A DNA stretch of 64,000 nt from Octopus vulgaris (taxonomy: Eukaryota). Below are positions 53,547 through 64,000 of this stretch, piece by piece. The DNA lies in contig OX597839.1 of assembly GCA_951406725.2 (NCBI GenBank), positions 4,030,001 through 4,094,000 on the forward strand. The letters are read 5' to 3'. Positions within the stretch are counted from its first letter, which is position 1; each line of letters starts with the position of its first letter. Made by a program: the position numbers and the translations under genes. Under the pieces are notes generated by a model, which saw nothing but the letters and a program-made list of their open reading frames with translations, ran no database searches and was not told where the DNA came from.

Positions 53547-53942
53547 GGCGCAGGAGTGGCTGTGTGGTAAGTAGCTTGTTTACCAACCACATGGTACCGG
53601 GTTCAGTCCCACTGCATGGCACCTTGTGCAAGTGTCTTCTACTATAGCCTCGGGCTGACCAAAGCCTTGTGAGTGGATTTGGTAGACGGAAACTGAAAGA
53701 AGCCCGTCGTATATATGTATATGTGTGTGTGCGTGTATGTTTGTGTTTGTCCCCCTAGCATTGCTTGACAACCGATGCTGGTGTGTTTATGTGCCCGTCA
53801 CTTAGCGGTTCGGCAAAAGAGACCGATAGAATAAGTACTGGGCTTACAAAGAATAGGTCCCGGGGTTGAGTTGCTCGATTAAAGGCAGTGTTCTAGCATG
53901 ACCGCAGTCAAATGACTGAAACAAGTAAAAGAGTAAGAGAGT
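53547..53942 (+). mobile_element. SINE family A
   Basis: Full copy. Confidence 0.85.
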
Positions 53943-54185
53943 ATACTCATTGAAGACTAAGTAAAAAATCTTCCAACATCCAGCCCCTTTATCAAAACCC
54001 TCAATCTAGATTATGCTCATGAGCTTCATTTTTTATTCCTTTCCTTCCAATATCTTTTGCTCTTCAATGTTTACCAAATTTCAATGTGCACGTCTGTTAC
54101 ATAACAACACATCTACATATTTAATAGCTGTTCAATATTGTTGATTGCGTATATATTCTTACATAGGATTTTCAAAAGATATACA

Positions 54186-54216
<31 letters not shown>

Positions 54217-54231
54217 TATATATATGTATAT

Positions 54232-54633
54232 AGGCGTAGGAGTGACTGTGTGGTAGGTAGCTTGCTTACCAACCACATGGTTCCGGGTTCTGTCCCACTG
54301 CATGGCACCTTGGGCAAGTGTCTTCTACTATAGCCTCCGGCCGAGCAAAGCCTTGTGAGTGAATTTGGTAGACGGAAACTGAAAGAAGCCCGTTGTATAC
54401 ATGTATGTATATATGTGTGTGTGTATATGTTTGTGTGTCTGTGTTTGTCCCCCCAACATCGCTTGACAACCGATGCTGGTGTGTTTACGTCCCCGTAACT
54501 TAGCGGTTCGGCTAAAGAGACCGATAGAATAAGTACTAGGCTTACAAACAATAAGTCCTGGGGTCGATTTGTTCGACTAAAGGTGGTGCTCCAGCATGGT
54601 CACAGTCAAATGACTGAAACAAGTAAAAAAGAG
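54232..54633 (+). mobile_element. SINE family A
   Basis: Full copy. Confidence 0.85.
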
Positions 54634-54713
54634 TATATATATACACACACACACACAAAAATTTTGTATATTTCATATATCATCTCTCTCTTCTATATAT
54701 ATATGTATATGTA

Positions 54714-55091
54714 CACTTGCGTCAGAAATTAATTAGCACTTCTCAAATTTCTACATTAAATAGGTTAAATCAATTAACCTATGAGCTGTTCAAAACGTCT
54801 TACGCGATGAGAAAACTTAGTATGGTGTGATTTCGGTCCTTGCGAGGCGCTACCTATATCTATTAAACAAAGGAATTTGTCTGCATCCGCACTCCAAGTT
54901 GTTGTTGCACTGCTATGTCAACATCATAAGGCTGTAGACTCTCAAACTGCTCTGCAAACAAAGTTACGTCATCGTTCTGCGCAACAGTGAACTCGCAACA
55001 AAGCAATAGTTCGAGATATGGCCACTAGGTGACAGCACATACCTTGAGTGAAGAGCAAATCAAGGGTGCTAATTAATTTCTGACGGTAGTG
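54714..55091. mobile_element. Tc1/mariner-type MITE
   Basis: TA|CACT..CGTCAGAAATTAATTAGCAC TIRs, TA flanks. Confidence 0.8.
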
Positions 55092-55326
55092 TACATATAT
55101 ACACTCTCACACACATTAAAATTTTGTGTATTTTACATCGCATATATTTATATATACATATGCGTATATACTGAAATTTTGTATGCTTTTGGCACACACA
55201 CACCCACACTGTGTGTATGTTTATACATATATATTTGTGTGTATATACATAAATAAATACATTTACAAATATATATATATACATATATGTGTATGTGTGT
55301 TTATGTACACACACACACACACAAAC

Positions 55327-55365
<39 letters not shown>

Positions 55366-55385
55366 CATGCATACATACATGCATG

Positions 55386-55416
<31 letters not shown>

Positions 55417-55737
55417 AAATTTTGTATATTTCACATCATATGTAGTTTGTCGTCCGATGTCTGTAACATAGTCAGTCCTAGTATAGTGTTCAACCCAAAC
55501 AAAGCATTTTTGGAAGACTATCTCCTTCATACACGTACACAGCATTCTTTACCATGAAAAAAAAAAAAGGCCCATTTTGTAACTTTGTGGTCATTGAAGA
55601 GCATCACAACAGATTGAGGGCTCGTACGAACTATAATAGACAAATCTAAAATTATCAATTGTTATAAATGTTTTTCCATATCTTCACCAAATCAGTTTTT
55701 CTCTCTCTGCCATATTAAATTGCATTTCTTCTTCTCT

Positions 55738-56060
55738 TCAACTGACACCTAGCTCAAGTTAACTCTATGCATTTTTCATGCATACTGTTGTTTTGATCTC
55801 TTACACCAAAGTTGATAATACTCAGTATATACATATATATATCCATATATAAATAATTTACAAGTGCAAATGTTATCTGTATGTTTGTAAAAAAAAATTC
55901 AACTGACACCTAGCTCAAGTTAACTCTATGCATTTTTCATGCATACCGTTGTTTTGATCTCTTACACCGAAGTTGATAATACTCAGTATATACATATATA
56001 TATCCATATATAAATAATTTACAAGTGGAAATGTTATCTGTATGTTTGTAAAAAAAAATT
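55738..56060. repeat. Recent ~161-bp tandem duplication
   Basis: tcaactgacacctagctcaag... at 55738 and 55899, about 3 substitutions. Confidence 0.9.
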
Positions 56061-56228
56061 AAATTATTATTACTATTGTGTGTTTATTATTTGAATAATG
56101 TCAGTAGTGTCCTTAAATTATTCCGATGTACACAGACATCTCAAAAGTAAATAGACACATTTCCTTTTTTGTGTGTGTGAAAGATTTTATCTTCGGGAAT
56201 GAAATGGTGTTATTCGATGCATCTAAAT

Positions 56229-56423
56229 CAGTTGTTCTCCACGTTTTTTTTTTTTATATCTGGGCCAGATCTCAAACCGGGATCTGGGGGAGTGGGGCAC
56301 TCGCCAAAAGAAGTAAAATCAAGTGAAAGAAAAATTTATTGTATCTATAGAAGGAAGGCTGTCGGGGACCACTGGAAGGGTGTTTGAGGGCCTCAACCTG
56401 GAAGCGTGGTTTGAGAACTACTG
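56229..56423. mobile_element. hAT MITE
   Basis: CAGTTGTTCTC...GAGAACTACTG; TSD ATCTAAAT/ATCTACAT (7/8). Confidence 0.8.
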
Positions 56424-57474
56424 ATCTACATACGTAATCTAGTATTAAGCAGACCTGCTTTGTGCAACTTTTAATCAGTTAATCTGTTTGGGAATTGTAC
56501 TAACAAGCAGTATCTACATATATAAAAATGGTGTAATAAAGGGGTGTCTATTTATTTTTGGGGTGTCTGTATAATTCTAACTAAACAAGATTGAATGGAT
56601 GTTTCCATGTTTTTTTTCCTCTTCTTGAAATCTTCAGAATCCAAACGCAAAAATTGGGTTTGATGTCAGAGAATTTAATCATTCTCTATAATATTCTACA
56701 TAAACTGTTAACATTTTATAAATCAGACAAACATATGGTACATGTAGGAATCCAGGAATCCTAATTTCTTTGTTTTTTAATATTAAAAAATTTTTTTTTT
56801 TTTTACTTATTTTGTAAATGATTACCTGTTGTGCATTGTATATATATTATGATTATTTCTGTTGAATTACTTTGATTTGTAGTTCATATTACCTGTCTGT
56901 CTATCAGAGCAGAGATCTATTTGTAAAATTTACAGAAACTAGATCTTGCTTGTTATTCACTTTATCTTGGGGGAATCGTTTGGGTTTTCTTAGTAACTTA
57001 TATTACTGGCATGGCCTGTTAACTGATATTCAGTAATTGGAATTCCTATTTGGTTGGTCTCTTTCAAAAAACAGAAAGAGCAAGAAAAAATTGGAGAATA
57101 ACCCAAGATTCATTTTATTTTTTATGTGAAAACTTATAATTAATTATATGCATTATAAACATGAATGTAATTTATTTTTTGTTCCTGTATTTAATACAAA
57201 TGATTAAAAGACTTCTAAGCTAGATGCATCCAAGAAAAATGTTATTTGGAATCAAAACGTTCACTCAAAAGCTTCATTCTTCACATCAGCTATCATGCTT
57301 TTTTTGTAGGAAAATCTAGCATTAATTAATAGATTTTTCTAGCCCTCATTATGGTGAATAAAAATCTAATTTTTAATTATAGACTTTTTTTTTTCCCTAT
57401 TGACAACATCAAAGTTGCTGGCCCCACTGCCACTGAATCTCATACACAAATATGTTTGACTCCTTGTCTTTTAG

Positions 57475-57483
57475 GTTATCCAG
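57475..57483 (+). other. Candidate 9-nt micro-exon GTTATCCAG of an unidentified gene
   Basis: tttgactccttgtcttttAG|GTTATCCAG|GTAAGTA: branch-like motif, pyrimidine tract, consensus donor, frame-preserving length. Confidence 0.55.
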
Positions 57484-57504
57484 GTAAGTATATTTAATCA
57501 TATC

Positions 57505-57888
57505 TATTTCTTTATTGCCCACAGGGGGCTAAACAAGGACACACAAGGGGATTAAGTCGATTACATTGACCCCAGTGTGTGACTGGTACTCATTTAATCG
57601 ACCCGAAAGGATGAAAGGCAAAGTCGACCTCGGCGGAATTTCAACTCAGAACGTAGCGACAGACAAAATACCTATTTTTTACTACCCACAAGGGGCTAAA
57701 CACAGAGAGGACAAACAAGAACAGACAAGTGGATTAAGTCGATTATATCGACCCCCAGTGCGTAACTGGTACTTATTTAATCGACACCGAAAGGATGAAA
57801 GGTAAAGTCGACTTCGGCGGAATTTGAACTCCAAATACCACTAGGCAATTTCACCCGGTGTGCTAACGTTTCCGCCAGCTAGCTGCCT
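57505..57888 (-). mobile_element. SINE family B tandem dimer
   Basis: Two units, as at 24838 and 34488. Confidence 0.8.
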
Positions 57889-58069
57889 TTTATTTTATTA
57901 TATCAGTTTATAATTCTCTTATGGTTGAACTGGCCAGGCGAGTAAGGCTGGTAACAGGTGGTTCAGTTAGCAACCTTCACGCCATATGGTGTCGACTTTG
58001 TTAAGTGAGATATTGTTTTAAGATTTTTGCGTGCTCCGTCAAGTGAAATCGGAATCAAAATCGAAATCG

Positions 58070-58414
58070 CTCAAAAATCATTGGAAATTGTAGTTGTGAT
58101 ATCAGTGCCGGTGGCTTGTAAAAGAACCATCCGAACGTGGCTGTTGCCAGTGCCACCCCGACTGGCCTCCATGCCGGTGGCACATAAAAAGCACCAACCG
58201 ATCATGGCCATTGCCAGCCTCGCCTGGCACCTGTGCCGGTGGCATGTAAAAAGCACTCACTACACTCACGGAGTGGTTGGCATTAGGAAGGGCATCCAGC
58301 TGTAGAAACACTGCCAGATCAGACTGGGCCTGGTGCAGCCTCCTGGCTTCCCAGACCCCAGTCGAACCGTCCAACCCATGCTAGCATGGAAAGCGGACGT
58401 TAAACGATGACGAT
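58070..58414 (+). mobile_element. RTE-3'UTR-derived repeat family C (other copies ~6096-6390, 10806-11220, 11935-12295, 15775-15965, 31090-31460, 31940-32095, 40840-41017)
   Basis: GGAAGGGCATCCAGCTGTAGAAAC..CCCATGCTAGCATGGAAAGCGGACGTTAAA(TGA)n; the 10806 copy starts with sequence matching the RTE end at ~43940. Confidence 0.7.
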
Positions 58415-58589
58415 GTTAGGGCATCCTTCTAGGAGAAGGTAACTCAGGTAACTGGGATAACTCCAACATAAAACCTGCGGCTCAGTGGTTACTGATAATG
58501 TTGACTTGTTCTTCTTTTCGGATTATGGCTGCTGTTGCTTAGTGAGTGGGATTGACTCAGTGCACAGCCTTTCCTCACTTTAAAAAAAA

Positions 58590-58736
58590 TATACATATAT
58601 ATATATATATACATACATATACATACATATACACATATATATATATATATACATATACACATATACATATATATACATATACACATATACATATACATAT
58701 ATATATATATACACATATACACATATATATACATAT

Positions 58737-58806
<70 letters not shown>

Positions 58807-59274
58807 ATACATATATACATATACATATATACATATACACATATATACATATATATACATATACATATACACATATACACATATACATATATACATATAC
58901 ATATACATATATACATATATACATATATACATATACATATATACATATACATATATATATATATATACATATACACATATATATATATATATACATATAC
59001 ACATATACACATATACATATATTATATACATATACACATATATATATATATATACATATACACATATACATATACACATATACATATATACATATACATA
59101 TATACATATACATATATACATATACATATATACATATACATATATTTAATCATTACAGTTGAAAAGGTCTCAAAATGACCGAAACCGGTACTGATAAGAT
59201 TCACTATAAAATTATCTTAGCATATACATATATGACTTGTTTTCATATATATATATATATATATACATATATAC

Positions 59275-59305
<31 letters not shown>

Positions 59306-59314
59306 CATATATAC

Positions 59315-59397
<83 letters not shown>

Positions 59398-59519
59398 ATA
59401 TACATATACATATATATATACATATACATATATATACATATACATATATATACATATACATATATATATACATATATATATACATATACATACATATACA
59501 TATATATACATATACATAC

Positions 59520-59560
<41 letters not shown>

Positions 59561-60016
59561 TATATATACATATACATATATATATATACATATATATACA
59601 TATACATATATATACATATGTATATATACATATATATACATATACATATATATATACATATATATACATATATATATACATATATATATACATATATATA
59701 CATATACATATACATATATATACATATACATATATATACATATACATATATATATATACATATATACATACATATATATACATATATATACATATATATA
59801 CATATACATATATATATACATATATATACATATACATATATATATACATATATATACATATACATATATATACATATATATACATATACATATATATACA
59901 TATACATATATATACATATACATATATATATATATACATATATATATATACATATATATATATATACATATATATATATACATATATATATACATATATA
60001 TATACATATAATATAC

Positions 60017-60049
<33 letters not shown>

Positions 60050-60451
60050 CATATACATATATACATATACATATACATACATATATACATATATATACAT
60101 ATACATATATACATATACATATACATATACATACATATATACATATATATACATATACATATATATACATATATATACATACATATACATACATATATAT
60201 ACATACATATACATATATATACATATACATATATATATATACATATATATATACATACATATATATATACATACATATACATATATATATACATACATAT
60301 ACATATATATATACATACATATACATATATATATACATACATATACATATATATACATATACATATATATACATATACATATATATATACATACATATAC
60401 ATATATATACATATATATATACATATACATATATATACATATATATATACA

Positions 60452-60482
<31 letters not shown>

Positions 60483-60642
60483 ATGTATATATATATACAT
60501 CACATCATCATATAAATACATGATATATATATATATATACATATATATATACATATACATATATATACATATACATATATATACATATACATATATATAT
60601 ACACATATACATATATATACATATACATATATATACATATAC

Positions 60643-60673
<31 letters not shown>

Positions 60674-61000
60674 CATACATATATATACATATACATATAT
60701 ATATACATACATATACATATATATATATACATACATATACATATATATATATACATACATATATATATATATATACATACATATATACATATACATACAT
60801 ATATATATACATACATATATATACATATACATATACATACATATATACATATACATACATATATATATACATACATATATACATATACATACATATATAT
60901 ACATATATATATACAAACATATATATACATATATATATACATACATATATATATACATACATATATACATATACATACATATATATATACATATACATAC

Positions 61001-61033
<33 letters not shown>

Positions 61034-61345
61034 CATACATATATACATATACACATATATATATATATATACATACATATATACATATACACATATATAT
61101 ACATATACACATATATATATACACATATATATACATATATACATATATATATACATATATCACATATATATATACATATATATACATACATATACATATA
61201 TATACATATATATAATACATACATACATATACTATATATACATACATATACATATATATATATACATATATATATATACACACACATATATACACACACA
61301 TATATACAACATATATATATACACACACACATATATATAATATAT
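58590..61345. repeat. ~2.7-kb compound (TA)n/(TACA)n/(TATACA)n microsatellite
   Basis: Direct; explains all I/Y/H/M ORFs in this region. Confidence 0.97.
59156..59193 (+). ncRNA. Degenerate minimal hammerhead embedded in microsatellite
   Basis: CAG-TTGAAAA-GGTC(tcaaaat)GACC-GAAACCGGTA-CTG; stems intact, core has two substitutions. Confidence 0.55.
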
Positions 61346-61634
61346 ACACATAATAATTATGCACCAACCAAATATATATGTGTGTGAAGCCTAGTGGTTA
61401 GGCTGTTGCACTCATGATCATTAGATGGTGGGTTTGATTCCATGATTGGGTGGTGCACTGTGTTCTTGAGTGAAATACTTTGTCTCACATTGCTCCTTTC
61501 GATCAGGGGAGATTGCTGGCCTGATCACCTAGCCAGCAGGGTGGCGTCATTTGAAGGCTAAAACAATGCAAAAAAGTGCATTGTGACCAGCGACGTGTAA
61601 CAACATCGGATAGCCTAGTCAGTCACATAATCCT

Positions 61635-61670
<36 letters not shown>

Positions 61671-61671
<1 letters not shown>

Positions 61672-61967
61672 TAGCAGTATCGCCCGGTGTTGCTCGGGTT
61701 TGTAAGGGAAATAACTATATAAGCATTTTTAGAGAGTTACTTCCCTTATATAAACCGAGCAAAAAATGCAAAATGCGGAAAATGATGGTAAATTTTTTTT
61801 TAAATCGTAGACTCATTGTAGACGCGCGCTAATACCCAGACGGGCTCGACATGAATCACGACTATAAGATACCCGCTTTTGGTTAAACTGCACCGCAAAA
61901 TGTGGGAGTAGTTAGGAATCTAAATCGGAGGAGACAGACACACACACAACTTCAGTTTTATATATAA

Positions 61968-61970
<3 letters not shown>
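61671..61970 (-). mobile_element. Non-autonomous Helitron (300 bp)
   Basis: Minus strand begins TC, ends CTAG, subterminal hairpin CCCG..CGGG, inserted between A and T in (TA)n, no TSD. Confidence 0.85.
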
Positions 61971-62006
<36 letters not shown>

Positions 62007-62565
62007 AACATTTGATCACCATAAACATCATTTGTGTAGGTTGTTCATCAAGAAATCGCAGAAATGTCTTTCTTAAACTTGAGAGACTAATAAAAAAAAT
62101 AATAATAATACTAAATATTACAATGGTCAAAGAAAGCTGAAAACATTTTGGCTTGAGGTTAGCAACATTAGCATATTTCAATGTTGAAATATAAGTTATT
62201 TAAAGTAGAATTAAATATTCACTATCTTCAGAATTTTTGATAAATGATGACGATAAAACAATAAGGAATGAAGGGTAACGTGGACTTGAGGTGAAACGAT
62301 TCTGAAGAAATTTCAAAGACAGATTGGTGAAAAGCATGTTTGTAATTAACAAAAAAAAAAAAAAAAAAAAAAAAAAAATAACAAAAGTCACTGAAGTGTG
62401 AGAAAAATGTATATTTATTATTTGGTTTTCACAATTGCTGTGGATGCTCTTGTTTAAGATGTGCTTTTTTTTTTCCTTAAATGTTACAAAAAATTGCCAT
62501 ATGCCTAATGCAACCACATTATGGATGGGATCCCAAGTGTATGACTTGTAGGGTAAGCATATTAA

Positions 62566-62776
62566 CCCTTTAGTATTTAAACTGGCCATATCCGGCCAAA
62601 ATAGCTAATCTGTTTTATGTTCAAACTGACCAGATCCGGGCTCTCACACCTACCCTACAATGTTAATCTACATTAATTACACCATCAAGATCTTGAAGAT
62701 ATGAGATAATGCACGATTAATTCAAATCAATGGGAATCAATAAGCATTATGTTTGAATAATCTGAACACTAAAGGG
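62566..62776. mobile_element. piggyBac-like MITE family 1, opposite orientation
   Basis: TTAA|CCCTTTAGT...ACTAAAGGG|TTAA; interior is the reverse complement of the 3681 copy. Confidence 0.85.
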
Positions 62777-63026
62777 TTAAATTTGTTCTTTTACACACAA
62801 AAAAGTAGGGGGTTGTCATACACGAGAGTGCACCAGCAAATATGGTATTCTTTTAAAACCTAAAAGAAAAGGCAACTTGAATTGTTTGACAAAGGTTAGG
62901 TGAAGTATGCTATTTACAAAATGTGTAGACAATGACATGGTTATTACCCAGTTTATACAAACAACTACAGTTTTTTTTTGTTTTTTTTTTATCAGTGATG
63001 TCTCAAACATACTCCTGAATAATTAA

Positions 63027-63247
63027 CCCTTTCATTACCCTATTTATTTTGAGATGTTCTGTGTTTCTTTCAGTTATTTTAAATATAACAAAGAATTTAG
63101 TAAAATAACTTAGTTATCATTAAGCTAGTGTTAGGAACATCAATTGTGACTTAGGTTTGGTGGAAGATTTTAATTCAAAACTTAAGAAAACAAGACATTT
63201 GTACTACAGAGCCAGAGGCGGTTTTGGCCGGGTTGGTAATGAAAGGG
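63027..63247. mobile_element. piggyBac-like MITE family 2
   Basis: TTAA|CCCTTTCATTAC...GTAATGAAAGGG|TTAA. Confidence 0.85.
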
Positions 63248-63817
63248 TTAAAAACACATAATAGCTTGTGAGGGTTAATGGTTCATGTTGCCAGATCTGG
63301 AATGATTAATGAGTACAATTACAAATGAATTAATTACAATTTTTGGAGGCACCAAATTAAGACAGCTCATTTGTGCACTGTGATACATCAGGTAAAGAAA
63401 CACGTTGATTAATTGTCAGAATTGAGAAGACTTGACTCGTCACCAAGAGATGACTGAAGGCAGTTTATGTGAGTAAAATAAAAATGACAGATCGTGTTGG
63501 GGTGTTGTATGTACAAGGTTTTTTTTTTGTATGAGTTTCATACAAAATTCTTAAAATGTGATAAAATTTCACACATTTTAAAACTCCATAAATAATTTGC
63601 ATATAAACGAATATGTGTGTATGTGTCATGTCTTTATGTATGTGTATCTGTGTGTATGTGTATGTGTGTCGTGTTTATATATGTGTGTATGTGTGTCGTG
63701 TTTATATATGTGTATCTGTGTGTACATATATGTGTTGTGTTTATGTATGTGTATCTATATATAAACACACACACATACACCACTGACTTACCAGCAACTG
63801 ATGGGGTTGGTCTAGAA

Positions 63818-64000
63818 CAGTGCTTTTCAAACTTTTTGCTGGAGCAGAACCCCAAGGAAACATTCCACTGGCTCGGGGAACCCCTGTGCAATAATTTAAT
63901 AGTCTTATGCACACATATCTGCACAGGAGAATTAAAAATTACTGCCGATTTTAGCAGTTTTGTAACTTCTTGCGGAACCACTGGACTGTACTGGCGGAAC
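63818..64000. mobile_element. hAT MITE, runs off the window end
   Basis: CAGTGCTTTTCAAAC after GTCTAGAA, a Buster-type target site. Confidence 0.55.

Noticed and set aside
58489-61367. Long ORFs up to 716 aa
   Set aside because: Translations of TA/CA microsatellite, open in many frames on both strands
63295-63397. Plus-strand exon ending CAG|GTAAAG
   Set aside because: Weak acceptor, no recognisable peptide, no supporting context

Overview
This is AT-rich, microsatellite- and transposon-dense animal genomic DNA. The SINE/LINE landscape resembles Octopus (coleoid cephalopod) DNA, but that assignment is my inference. One complete protein-coding gene is supported: ICMT (isoprenylcysteine carboxyl methyltransferase), + strand, 4 coding exons (17993-18199, 34969-35227, 36588-36805, 39631-39813), 288 aa, all introns GT-AG and phase-consistent. 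The rest is tRNA-derived and Nin-type SINEs, CR1/RTE/Penelope fragments, a near full-length DD36E Tc1 element, mariner relics, piggyBac/hAT/Tc1-type MITEs, a Helitron and (TA/CA)n tracts. Almost all ORFs in the supplied track are microsatellite or SINE artefacts. The most notable unexplained structures are: (1) several type I hammerhead-ribozyme motifs, including a tRNA-headed (Pol III) SINE that carries a minimal hammerhead and recurs as a head-to-head palindromic dimer, and a perfect 139-bp palindrome with a hammerhead on each strand; (2) an orphan 9-nt micro-exon candidate at 57475-57483; (3) a ~900-bp fold-back upstream of ICMT with a perfect 93-bp non-SINE stem. All calls were read by eye and no database searches were run. 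Repeat boundaries are approximate unless termini are quoted.
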